Source of the DNA: a virus
Taxonomy: Duplodnaviria; Caudoviricetes
Length of the DNA stretch: 54,714 nucleotides
Reading direction: 5' to 3' (one strand)
IMG/VR virus record: IMGVR_UViG_3300042549_005982
Location: 1-54,714 of that record
The position numbers were made by a program, and so were the translations under genes. The number at the start of each line of letters is the position of its first letter. The stretch's first letter is position 1. Below, piece after piece: positions 16,756 through 25,363 of the stretch. Under the pieces are notes generated by a model. That model worked only from the letters and a program-made list of their open reading frames with translations. It did no database searches and was not told the origin of the DNA.

Positions 16756-17310
16756 TTAGAATATATCTGCGAAATCGTCGGACTGTTTCGCTGCTTTGCG
16801 CTTGCGGTCGGAAAATTCCTTTTCGACTGCGGCAGCGAATTTTGCGTTTTGCAAGGCATTGGCAAGGAAAGTCTCAAACGCCTCCTTTTCCTCCGGCTTG
16901 CTGCGCTTTGGCAGCGCTTTGCCTTTTGCTTTGGCGACATTCTCCAAAAGCTCGATAGCAATAGCGCGGCGCATTTTATCATCGTCTGACATGCGCGGGG
17001 ACGAGGCGCGACTCTTGCGTGCGACTCCCGAAACAATGCTTTCAAACATTTCTCGTTGAATCGCCGCGCAAATTTTCGCGGCTGTTTCCTCGTCCCGACC
17101 GCCGCCAGTTATGGCGAGGCGGTTACATTCGGCGGCAATATCGTCATCTGACCAAGGGTTAGCCCCATTGCCCATAATACCTGCCTTCACCCCCGCAATC
17201 GAGTTCTTGATTGCCGTCGAAAATCCCAACTGCATAAGATGTGCGATGGAATTTTCAGGAAGGTTAGCGCTGTTGACGTTAAAACCGGCGAACGAAAGAT
17301 GATACGACAT
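16756..17310 (-). CDS. Hypothetical helical protein, first leftward gene (ends SDDFADIF)
   Basis: GGAG RBS; monocistronic with terminator. Confidence 0.8.
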   Translation of the reverse strand: MSYHLSFAGFNVNSANLPENSIAHLMQLGFSTAIKNSIAGVKAGIMGNGANPWSDDDIAAECNRLAITGGGRDEETAAKICAAIQREMFESIVSGVARKSRASSPRMSDDDKMRRAIAIELLENVAKAKGKALPKRSKPEEKEAFETFLANALQNAKFAAAVEKEFSDRKRKAAKQSDDFADIF

Positions 17311-17695
17311 AACATTGACTCCATGTTATGCCCTATCGGGTTTTACGATTTCAAACAGCAAGAACCCGGTAGGGCTCAAATCGAATCGAATTGATTCGAT
17401 GGGTTTAAGGTAACAGAAAAAAACTGCATTACAAGCGGTTTTTTCGTTTTTTCAAAAAAAAAGTTAGGCCCATTTGTCAACTCGTCACACATGCGCGAAA
17501 GGCGATGGGGTGGGGGATATATAGCGGCGACTCGTTTCGTGCATGGGCGGGCGTTTTTGGGGCGTTTAAGGGCTATGAAAGAAAATCGCGCCAATGTGTT
17601 TTTTCTTGCTTTGGGGTAATTGACACGGTGGGCCTAACATGAAATAAACGGGCATACCCGAAACGGGTAGGGCTTTTTGACATTGTGAGGAACCA
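17311..17695. promoter_or_regulatory. Divergent promoter/control region
   Basis: Strand switch; TTGACA at 17475-17480 (-) and 17620-17625 (+), each followed by TGGGCCTAAC; boxA-like elements at 17348-17360 (-) and 17672-17683 (+). Confidence 0.65.
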
Positions 17696-17842
17696 ATGAC
17701 CGTTCATGAACTGGTGACAGCGCTTTTGGACATGAACCCGGACGCGCAGGTATATGTGAAAGGGCCAGCTTTTGAGGAAGAAGGGCTGACCGACCCCAAA
17801 CTGAAAATTATAGGAACTGGGGATTATATTTGGATTGAATAA
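17696..17842 (+). CDS. Hypothetical protein, 48 aa (MTVHELVTALLDMNPDAQV...)
   Basis: Manual translation; GAGGA RBS; common MTVxELxxxL..P.A.V phage pattern. Confidence 0.6.
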   Translation: MTVHELVTALLDMNPDAQVYVKGPAFEEEGLTDPKLKIIGTGDYIWIE

Positions 17843-18076
17843 ACGCTGGGGCAAATGCCCCAGCTATCCGACCGCAAAAGCTGCCAAGCGCCAGATGCCG
17901 GGGGACTGGCCCAGCGGGGGATTGGAGTAATGCTTTGCCGAACCCACATTTGTCTGAGCGAAAAATAAAGTGATGGGTCTATTTCACGACTTTCCCCCTT
18001 GCCCTTGCAGTAATTGCCAAGCAGTCAGACCCATGATATACTCAGTCCAAGATGGTGTTAACCCCTTGGAGCCAGC

Positions 18077-18940
18077 ATGTATATCGCCCCGCCCGGAAAA
18101 GGCCGCAGACCCGCCCCGATCACCTACGGGGTGCCACGGCACCTCTCGGAAGCCGACATCGCCTCGATGTGGGATCACATGGGGAGCGGGCAAAAGGGGG
18201 TGCCGCGGATCAAAACGCTCCGCTACAACCACCATCTGCTGGCGAAAGCGGTGGCCTCGGGCAAAAGCCTGCTGGAATGTTCAAACCTCTGCGGCCTCAC
18301 CGTGGCCCGCATCTCTGACCTCAAAAACGACCCAGCCTTCCAAGAACTGGTAAGTTTCTATGCAGAGGAACTGAACGAGGTTTACGTGGACGTGCATCAA
18401 CGCATGGCCGCGCTTGGCACCAGCGTGCTCGAAGAACTTCAGGAGCGTTTCGAGGCGGAGCCAGAAAAGTTCACGAAGCGCGAACTTATGGACCTGTTCA
18501 CGACCATGGCCGATCGCAGCATCGCCACGGCCAAGGGCGGACCCAACCCTCAACAGGTGATCGCAACTGGCAACGGTGCGGGACTCGCACTCCAGATAAA
18601 CTTTGTTTCTCCCGCATCAGGCGAGCCCGAAACCCTCGACGCAACCCTCATCCCCGCACCTCAAACCCAGGCGCCCGCGGCTCTGCCCACATTCGCACAA
18701 GACGAGCGCGAAGTGGTCAGGTCCCCTCTTGCCGAGTCTTTCGGCTTTCCCCCCGGTATCGACATTGACGGGGAGCCTATCGTCCCCCACACTCCCGTTC
18801 CAGTCCCGACCTCTGCCGAAATCCAACAGGCGCGATTTGACGCGACGGGCGAGGCGGTCGCAAAACGGGAAGCGGACGCAGCGGCGCGGGACGCACTTCG
18901 CGCAGAATACATGGCGAAAGGGCGAAACCATCATGGCTAA
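18077..18940 (+). CDS. HTH protein, candidate terminase small subunit
   Basis: HTH-like GKSLLECSNLCGLTVARISDLKNDPAFQEL followed by helices; no other TerS candidate seen. Confidence 0.45.
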   Translation: MYIAPPGKGRRPAPITYGVPRHLSEADIASMWDHMGSGQKGVPRIKTLRYNHHLLAKAVASGKSLLECSNLCGLTVARISDLKNDPAFQELVSFYAEELNEVYVDVHQRMAALGTSVLEELQERFEAEPEKFTKRELMDLFTTMADRSIATAKGGPNPQQVIATGNGAGLALQINFVSPASGEPETLDATLIPAPQTQAPAALPTFAQDEREVVRSPLAESFGFPPGIDIDGEPIVPHTPVPVPTSAEIQQARFDATGEAVAKREADAAARDALRAEYMAKGRNHHG

Positions 18941-19208
18941 AACCCCAGCGTGGCAACGGGCCGAAGGCAAAAACCCAGCGGGGGGCCTGAACGCCAAAGG
19001 GCGCGCGTCTTATAACGCGAAAGCGAAAGCCGAGGGCAAACCGGGGCTAAAACCTCCCGCCCCGCACCCCAAATCTGAAGCGGAAGCTGGACGGAAAAAG
19101 TCATTTTGTGCCCGGATGTCTGGGATGAAGAAAAAGCTCACGAGCGAAAAGACAGCCCGCGATCCGAACTCGCGGATCAACAAATCGTTAAAAGCGTGGA
19201 ACTGCTGA
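18933..19208 (+). CDS. Basic conserved phage protein (DUF6321-like)
   Basis: AWQRAEGKNPAGGLNAKGRASY...RKKSFCARM...SLKAWNC. Confidence 0.7.
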   Translation: MAKTPAWQRAEGKNPAGGLNAKGRASYNAKAKAEGKPGLKPPAPHPKSEAEAGRKKSFCARMSGMKKKLTSEKTARDPNSRINKSLKAWNC

Positions 19209-19209
19209 G

Positions 19210-19374
19210 ATGACTTCGCACAAAAAAGAGGTGTGGGAAAAACCCCGGCCCAAGGCGTTAGGCAAGCCCAAAGCCCTCTCTGCAAAGCAAAAGGCGGGCG
19301 CGAAAGCTGCAGCGAAAGCGGCGGGGCGGCCTTATCCGAACCTTGTGGACAATATGCGGGCGAGCACGAAATGA
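19210..19374 (+). CDS. Lys/Ala-rich micro-protein (…AAGRPYPNLVDNM…)
   Basis: Manual translation; ATGA overlap with endolysin. Confidence 0.65.
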   Translation: MTSHKKEVWEKPRPKALGKPKALSAKQKAGAKAAAKAAGRPYPNLVDNMRASTK

Positions 19375-19943
19375 ACGAGGCGTATTTTTTCGAGCGAGTC
19401 CGCAGGGCGGTTTTCGGCGGGCGGCTAACGGCCCGTCAGGTGGACGGCATCAACCAGATCCTTGCTTATCGCGAGGCCAAATGGCCGAAAATGTCCGACG
19501 CCGAACTCGCATACCTGCTCGCCACTGTCGTGCACGAAACGGCGTTCGAAATGCAGCCCATTCGCGAGCGGGGCGGACAAAAATACCTGCAATCAAAGCC
19601 TTACTTCCCGTTTTATGGCCGAGGCCTCGTGCAAATCACCTGGGAACGCAATTACAAACTTTTCAAAGTTGATCCGGCGGATAAGGCGCTGGAATGGCCG
19701 ACTGCGCTCGACATTGCCTTTCGGGGCATGGTGCTGGGCATGTTCACGGGCAAGAAACTGTCGGATTACATCGGCCCCGGCAAGTGCGATTACGTGGCGG
19801 CGCGGCGCATTATCAACGGCAAGGACCGCGCCCGCCTGATCGCGGGATACGCTCGATCTTTTCAGGACGCCCTCAAACAGGCCAATCAGACCGTGGCCGC
19901 GCCCTCCGCGCCTGCGGCTCTACCAGTGAAGAAGTCCGCTTAA
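19371..19943 (+). CDS. Endolysin, glycoside hydrolase family 19-like
   Basis: LAYLLATVVHET, FYGRGLVQITWERNY, ARRIING. Confidence 0.85.
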   Translation: MNEAYFFERVRRAVFGGRLTARQVDGINQILAYREAKWPKMSDAELAYLLATVVHETAFEMQPIRERGGQKYLQSKPYFPFYGRGLVQITWERNYKLFKVDPADKALEWPTALDIAFRGMVLGMFTGKKLSDYIGPGKCDYVAARRIINGKDRARLIAGYARSFQDALKQANQTVAAPSAPAALPVKKSA

Positions 19944-19970
19944 ATGTCCGCTTCAACGAAGGGGCGTGAA

Positions 19971-20129
19971 ATGCTGCAAGAGGCTGTAAGATTTGTGATT
20001 TGCGCCATGCTGGCGTGTTTGGTGCTGTTCGGGACGGCTATGCTGCTGGCCGGATGCCAAAGCACTCATGATGATGCGAAGTTTGTGGAATGCTGGCTAC
20101 GGGACGGCACGTCCCGTCCGTGTAACTAG
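19971..20129 (+). CDS. Small lipoprotein
   Basis: Signal peptide ending in LLAGC lipobox. Confidence 0.55.
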   Translation: MLQEAVRFVICAMLACLVLFGTAMLLAGCQSTHDDAKFVECWLRDGTSRPCN

Positions 20130-20159
20130 GCGGGCTGCCTTAACCTTTTGGAGAGTAAA

Positions 20160-20333
20160 ATGTTTACGAATTGGATGACGACACTGCCGGGAATTTTTAC
20201 GTTGATTTCGGTTTTGGCTCATGCGTGGCAGACGAAAGACATCAACTGGGTTGATCTGCAGAACGCGCTGATCGGCGTTGGTCTTTTGGCGGCGAAAGAT
20301 TGGAACGTCACTGGCGGGACGAAGGGTCAGTGA
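20160..20333 (+). CDS. Holin candidate
   Basis: NWMTTLPGI...GLLAAKD, two hydrophobic segments, next to endolysin. Confidence 0.65.
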   Translation: MFTNWMTTLPGIFTLISVLAHAWQTKDINWVDLQNALIGVGLLAAKDWNVTGGTKGQ

Positions 20334-20566
20334 TCCCCGCGCTTTTGACCGTGCTGGGCGCTTTGTTCAGCGCGGTCGGGAAGATTTTCGAGTTCCTCTA
20401 CGCTCGAAATCTGGCAAATGCGGGAAAAGTGCAGGAGCAACTGGATGCGCTTAGACGCCAAGTCAAAGACGCGCAGATCGCCGTCGCGGCGCGGGAAGCT
20501 GTGCGGGCTTCTATTGCTGCCAACCCTGACGGCGTGTCAGACGACGACCCCTTTAGACGGGACTGA
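20330..20566 (+). CDS. Rz-like inner-membrane spanin
   Basis: N-terminal TM, coiled coil, ends DDDPFRRD; GTG start coupled to holin. Confidence 0.65.
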   Translation: MIPALLTVLGALFSAVGKIFEFLYARNLANAGKVQEQLDALRRQVKDAQIAVAAREAVRASIAANPDGVSDDDPFRRD

Positions 20567-20726
20567 TGCGACGCAAGGGGTGTCGTTTTGTCAGGCGGCT
20601 CGGGCGATTTACTATTCAAAGCACGACACGCCCCCGACGATTGCGCAGATCAAAGAGCATAACGCAGTCGGCATGGCGCTGAAATGCGGGTGGCTTCCAG
20701 CCAACAAGCAAAAGGTGTCGAAATGA
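20445..20726 (+). CDS. Rz1-like outer-membrane lipoprotein spanin
   Basis: Overlaps Rz in another frame; LTAC lipobox; Cys-containing mature part. Confidence 0.65.
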   Translation: MRLDAKSKTRRSPSRRGKLCGLLLLPTLTACQTTTPLDGTDATQGVSFCQAARAIYYSKHDTPPTIAQIKEHNAVGMALKCGWLPANKQKVSK

Positions 20727-21010
20727 TTGAAGATGGCTTTGCGGCTGCGGAAGATTATTTGACGCTGCATTTTAGTCGCGAAACAGCGATAGGTTTGGTG
20801 GATAGACTTCGCCGGGAAAATGTGCAATATTTCAAGGTGAAAGATATTTTTCGGGCAGCAAAAATGGAATATCGGCAGTTCACGGGAGCGGAACAGGTTG
20901 TGCTGCTGGTGCGGGCAAGTAACGGGCTGATTATCGCGGACGGGTATGAATTTGTTTGTGAGGCGTGGCTGGAAAATAAAGAAAAGTTGATTGCGTGTAA
21001 GATTGTTTAG
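20723..21010 (+). CDS. Hypothetical protein
   Basis: ORF in operon. Confidence 0.5.
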   Translation: MIEDGFAAAEDYLTLHFSRETAIGLVDRLRRENVQYFKVKDIFRAAKMEYRQFTGAEQVVLLVRASNGLIIADGYEFVCEAWLENKEKLIACKIV

Positions 21011-21024
21011 GAAAGGGATGAAAG

Positions 21025-21900
21025 ATGACATTTCCGCAACCGTTCGACTTTGGGAAGCGCCTGCAGGATGGGCAGGATTTGGACGGGGCGCTGGCGAACC
21101 CGGTGTGGTCGTATAGCAGGCCCCTGACGGCCACGATAGGCGGGACGCGGGCGACGAGCACGAAGATCACTGAGGCGATTGCGAATGTCGCGACGGTCGG
21201 GGCGACGGGCGCAGGCGTGACTTTGCCGGTGGCGCTTCCGGGTAAAGTCGTGCTGGTTTACAATAATTCCGCCACGGACATGCGGGTTTTTGCGGACGGC
21301 GGGTCAGCAATCGACGGCACAACGGGCGATGTGGGGATTTCGCAGCGCGCAAGCACGGCGTGTTTGTTTGTGGCGCAGGAACTTCGGAAATGGACTTACT
21401 CGTTTATTCCGATTTCGTTGGCCCCGTCAAGCGATTACATATCCGCGTATGACACGACAATCCAGCCAGCGGTTCCCCCGGCGACGGCGGCGAATGAACA
21501 GATTATGACGTTCAACACGGTGGACTCGTCGTTGGGCATTAGCATTGTGGGGGGCTCGCAGATCACTGTCACGCGAGCGGGAGTTTATAATCTGCAGTTC
21601 TCTGCGCAGTTTGATAAAACGGACTCCGGGCAGGACACGTTTGAAATTTGGCTGAAAAAGAACGGGCAACCGTTGGCGTGGTCGAACACGACGAGTGATG
21701 CGAACAATAATAACGCGAAAGTCGTGGCGGCGTGGAATTTTGTGCTGCCGTTGGCGGCAGGGGATTTTTTGGAATTGGCGTGGTGGTCGCTGGATGTGAA
21801 TATGAGGTTGTTTGCACAGGCAGCGCAACCGGCGGTTCCGGGCGTGAGCCCTGCGCGCCCCGCGATCCCGTCTGTGATTGTGACGATGCAAGGAGTTTGA
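21025..21900 (+). CDS. Virion protein: shared N-terminal module + C1q/TNF-like jelly-roll C-terminus
   Basis: GKRLQDG..ANPVW module; ITVTRAGVYNLQFSAQF...IWLKKNG...GDFLELAW. Confidence 0.65.
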   Translation: MTFPQPFDFGKRLQDGQDLDGALANPVWSYSRPLTATIGGTRATSTKITEAIANVATVGATGAGVTLPVALPGKVVLVYNNSATDMRVFADGGSAIDGTTGDVGISQRASTACLFVAQELRKWTYSFIPISLAPSSDYISAYDTTIQPAVPPATAANEQIMTFNTVDSSLGISIVGGSQITVTRAGVYNLQFSAQFDKTDSGQDTFEIWLKKNGQPLAWSNTTSDANNNNAKVVAAWNFVLPLAAGDFLELAWWSLDVNMRLFAQAAQPAVPGVSPARPAIPSVIVTMQGV

Positions 21901-21901
21901 T

Positions 21902-22063
21902 ATGCCCGCGAAAAGCAAAGCGCAAGCAAAACTCATGGCGATGGTGGCGCATGACCCGAAGGCTGCGAAGCGGTTGTGCATCCCGCAGAGCGTGGGCAAA
22001 GAATTTGAGGTTAAAGGCAAAGGTGCGCTCAAGCGATTGCCCGCAAAAGTGAAGAAGAAATGA
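21902..22063 (+). CDS. Lys-rich micro-protein (MPAKSKAQAKLMAMVAHDP...)
   Basis: Manual translation; AGGAG RBS. Confidence 0.65.
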   Translation: MPAKSKAQAKLMAMVAHDPKAAKRLCIPQSVGKEFEVKGKGALKRLPAKVKKK

Positions 22064-22269
22064 CTCGGTATCGGCTTGGAGTGTTTGAAGGGCTGCTGGA
22101 AATTGAAGCGGTGGAAAGCGGCCCTTTTCCACTCCGGGCGTATGGGTTTTTGCAGTTTTCCCCGAAAGATCATCCGAACGGCGAATTGATGCTGGAGGTG
22201 AGGGGAAAGGAAATCTGGGTTTGGGTTGCGGAGAAAAGACATGGCGAAGATGCAAACAAAAGCGTGTAA
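22060..22269 (+). CDS. Hypothetical protein
   Basis: ATGA coupling. Confidence 0.45.
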   Translation: MTRYRLGVFEGLLEIEAVESGPFPLRAYGFLQFSPKDHPNGELMLEVRGKEIWVWVAEKRHGEDANKSV

Positions 22270-22384
22270 GAACGGCAAAGCGATGGGCGGGGGCGATGCG
22301 AAAGGCAAAGCTGTTGCGGTTAAAGCGGCGAAAAAGGCTGGAATGAAAATCGGTGAAAAGAAAGCGCCTTACGCGAAGGGATAA
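22241..22384 (+). CDS. Lys/Ala/Gly-rich micro-protein (MAKMQTKACKNGK...)
   Basis: Manual translation; GGAG RBS. Confidence 0.55.
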   Translation: MAKMQTKACKNGKAMGGGDAKGKAVAVKAAKKAGMKIGEKKAPYAKG

Positions 22385-22386
22385 AG

Positions 22387-22857
22387 GTGTATCATCGCGC
22401 AGTGGTCGGGCTGGTTTATGCGGCGAGGTGTTTGCGCCCCGCCCATATCCCGAAAAGCAGGCCGAAAGGGTCGAAAGCGGCAGGCTTGCGCTATGAAAAG
22501 GCGTTAAGCGCGGCGATCCCGCGAGCGGAACACGGGCAGTGGTTTGAATTTAAGGATTTGAACGGGCCTGGACATTGCCAGATGGACTTGATTATTGAAG
22601 GGCAAAAGCGGATTGTGGTGATTGAATGCAAGTTGACTGATGTTGACCAAGGCATGAGACAGCTGCATGAATTGTATTTTCCGATTGTGGAGAAGGTCTG
22701 GCCGGATAAAAAGCCTCTTGGGATCGTGGCCGCGAGACATTTAAGCAAATGCCCTGATACAAAACTGGTCGAAACCAGCTTGAAGGGGGCGATTTTGCGG
22801 GCGGAAACGCAAGGCGTCATCCCGGTGCTGCATTGGATGGAGCGAATGCCGATTTGA
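22387..22857 (+). CDS. PD-(D/E)XK nuclease (possible Holliday-junction resolvase)
   Basis: GLRYE...QMDLII...VVIECKL. Confidence 0.65.
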   Translation: MYHRAVVGLVYAARCLRPAHIPKSRPKGSKAAGLRYEKALSAAIPRAEHGQWFEFKDLNGPGHCQMDLIIEGQKRIVVIECKLTDVDQGMRQLHELYFPIVEKVWPDKKPLGIVAARHLSKCPDTKLVETSLKGAILRAETQGVIPVLHWMERMPI

Positions 22858-22874
22858 CGGCGAAAGGTGGGCAA

Positions 22875-22994
22875 ATGTTACCGCCAGACTGGGAATTTTT
22901 CCTGTATTTCGCTATCCGGCTGGTTGGGCTGGGAATTGTGACGATTGTTTTGCACAATGTTTTGAAATTGGTGTTAGGTCAGAGCCATTTTTGA
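22875..22994 (+). CDS. Small membrane peptide, 39 aa (MLPPDWEFFLYF...)
   Basis: Manual translation; AAGGTGG RBS. Confidence 0.4.
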   Translation: MLPPDWEFFLYFAIRLVGLGIVTIVLHNVLKLVLGQSHF

Positions 22995-23117
22995 CTATTT
23001 TTAGAGGCAAAAAGCATTGACGGCTTGCGGCAAAGGGGCCAGTATGCTCGCAGGCCAAGGCCCGTAAGCGCCTCGGGCAGCATACGCTTAGAAGGCGGCG
23101 CTTGCGCCGATGAGAAA

Positions 23118-23390
23118 ATGGCAAATGGCAAGAACAGCGGAAAAGTAATTGCGGAACGCCCGCTCCGTGGCGTGAACACAAGCCGCACTCAGCACTCGAC
23201 GGAATATAAATACGACGAGAAGACTGGGACTTTCGGCAAAGAAGCTCGCAAGGGCAATGCAAATTATCAGGCCCCGGACAGATTTGTGCCGGGAAATCCT
23301 GATTTTGAGTCTGGCGTCACCCAGAATGTTGGAAATCCCGTGCAGAGTGACGGACTGCGCGGAGCTATCTCGCTCATAAGAGGCAAATGA
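23118..23390 (+). CDS. Hypothetical protein
   Basis: ORF, ATGA-coupled to next gene. Confidence 0.55.
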   Translation: MANGKNSGKVIAERPLRGVNTSRTQHSTEYKYDEKTGTFGKEARKGNANYQAPDRFVPGNPDFESGVTQNVGNPVQSDGLRGAISLIRGK

Positions 23391-24019
23391 TGAAAAAGGT
23401 TGCTCTTGTCGGCGGACTGCTTGCGCTTCTGGGTGCGGGCTCCGCCTATGCTGCTGGTCAGTTTCCGGGTTATCCGCTTTCTACGTCCCCGCTGACTGGT
23501 TTTGAATACATCCCTGCGGACACGGGCGCTGTTGCGTCTGGCGCGAGCTTCACGGGCTCGATTTCTGGAACGACGCTGACGGCGACGAGCATCACCGGCA
23601 ATATTTATGTCGGACAGAACATCGTTGGCGCGAATGTCGCTCCGGGCACGGCGATTGTGTCGGGTTCGGGCGGAACGTGGACTGTTAGCGTTTCGCAGAC
23701 CGTCGCTTCGACTGCGATGACTTCGGGTGGCGGCGGCGTCAATCCGCAGACCGAAATGATCCAGGTTCAGCAGCTGCGTTCGTATGTGCTGTCGGCTGGT
23801 GGTTCGGTTTCGACCTACATCAAGCTGCCGTCTTCGACGATTGCGGCGCTGCCGACTTGCGATGCGACGACGCTGGGTTCGCTGGCGACCGTCACGAATG
23901 GCACGGCGTATGGCACCGGCACGTATGGCTCGGCTGTTAGCGCGACGGGCGCTGTTTCGCGCACGGTTATGTGCACGAACACTGGCGGCGCGACGACTTA
24001 TGCGTGGGCGTATAACTAA
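23387..24019 (+). CDS. Thr/Gly/Ser-rich protein with N-terminal signal-like peptide
   Basis: MKKVALVGGLLALLGAGSAYA; FTGSISGTTLT beta-rich motif. Confidence 0.65.
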   Translation: MMKKVALVGGLLALLGAGSAYAAGQFPGYPLSTSPLTGFEYIPADTGAVASGASFTGSISGTTLTATSITGNIYVGQNIVGANVAPGTAIVSGSGGTWTVSVSQTVASTAMTSGGGGVNPQTEMIQVQQLRSYVLSAGGSVSTYIKLPSSTIAALPTCDATTLGSLATVTNGTAYGTGTYGSAVSATGAVSRTVMCTNTGGATTYAWAYN

Positions 24020-24028
24020 GAATTGCGC

Positions 24029-24054
24029 GAGGGGCCTAGTGCCCCTCACCTTTT
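24029..24054 (+). terminator. Probable terminator
   Basis: GAGGGGC/GCCCCTC stem followed by ACCTTTT. Confidence 0.5.
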
Positions 24055-24087
24055 AGGCAATTTGCTTGAAGATTTGAGGAACAGATC

Positions 24088-24363
24088 ATGGCGATCACCC
24101 CTGACGCAAAAATGTATGATTATCAGACGGGCGTGGCGACAAAGCTCGTTCCGATGTCTGATGGACAGGGCACTTATGCCCCGGCGGTTGTGGCGTTTCA
24201 GCCGTTAAGTCCTGCGGAATACGATTATATCTCGTGTTCTTACACGGGAAGCAATTTAACGACTGTGGTGTATAAGTTGGGTGGGGCGAGCGGCACGATA
24301 GTCACCACGTTGACGATGACGTATGATGGTTCGGGTAATCTGCTGACCGTGACGCGGAGTTAA
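24088..24363 (+). CDS. Probable virion/tail-associated protein
   Basis: [19 protein letters not shown]...[11 protein letters not shown]. Confidence 0.6.
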   Translation: MAITPDAKMYDYQTGVATKLVPMSDGQGTYAPAVVAFQPLSPAEYDYISCSYTGSNLTTVVYKLGGASGTIVTTLTMTYDGSGNLLTVTRS

Positions 24364-24367
24364 AATC

Positions 24368-25354
24368 ATGGCATGGGTTTTCAATCCGTTCACAGGGACG
24401 TTTGATTATTCGACTACTCCGGCAAGCGGAGGAGTTACGACGTTTAGCGCGGGAACAACTGGACTTACCCCTGCTGTCGCGACAAACGGGGCGATTGTGC
24501 TCGGTGGAACGCTGGCCGTTACGAATGGCGGCACGGGTTTGACGACTTTGGCGGCAGGGCGCATTCCGTATGGAAATGCCACAAGTGCTTTTAATTCGTC
24601 AGCCACGTTTGTTTTTGATGGCACGGTGTTAGCTGTCGGATATACGCCGTTTGCGTGGGTGGGAAAAGCTGTCCAAATTGGAACTTTGACCGCTGTTGCG
24701 CAGGCATCTTCCGGCGCAGCATTGCATACTTTTAACTGTTATCAAAACAGTGCCGGTAATTATATTTACAACTCCACAGCGGCTGCTGCGAAGTATGAAT
24801 GTGGGTTGAATGGCACGGCAACCCATGCTTGGTTTATTGCAGGCTCAGGCACTGCGGGTAATGTTGTTAGTTTTACGCAGGCATTGACGCTAGATGCTTC
24901 TGGCCACCTTGGACTGGCCGCAACGCCGAATGCTTGGTCCACCGATTACAAGTCATTGGACATTGGCATAAGCTCTTCATTTTATGGGCGTGTAGCCACT
25001 AAATCCACTGGATTTTCCGAAAACGCTTACAGAAACACTGCCGGTAACTGGATTTATAAAAATACTGACTACGCAAGCCGAAATGAAACCGGAAGCGGTG
25101 GTTTTCAATGGTACACCGCACCCTCCGGCACCGCAGGAAATACCGCCACATTTACGCAGATAATGACGCTCGACGCGAACGGCAATTTGCTAGTGGGCGT
25201 TACCAATGCTGCCACAACTTCCGCTAAGACCATCAACATCTCGAACGGCACCGCGCCAACAGCCAACATTACAGGCGGCATTTTGTATGTTGAAGCAGGT
25301 GCTCTGAAATACCGTGGTTCTGGTGGAACTATTACGACACTTGGCGCAGCATAA
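24368..25354 (+). CDS. Tail fibre protein with two internal repeats
   Basis: [12 protein letters not shown]; repeats (W)xxAxSGTAGNxxxFTQxxTLDAxG. Confidence 0.75.
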   Translation: MAWVFNPFTGTFDYSTTPASGGVTTFSAGTTGLTPAVATNGAIVLGGTLAVTNGGTGLTTLAAGRIPYGNATSAFNSSATFVFDGTVLAVGYTPFAWVGKAVQIGTLTAVAQASSGAALHTFNCYQNSAGNYIYNSTAAAAKYECGLNGTATHAWFIAGSGTAGNVVSFTQALTLDASGHLGLAATPNAWSTDYKSLDIGISSSFYGRVATKSTGFSENAYRNTAGNWIYKNTDYASRNETGSGGFQWYTAPSGTAGNTATFTQIMTLDANGNLLVGVTNAATTSAKTINISNGTAPTANITGGILYVEAGALKYRGSGGTITTLGAA

Positions 25355-25363
25355 GGAATTATC

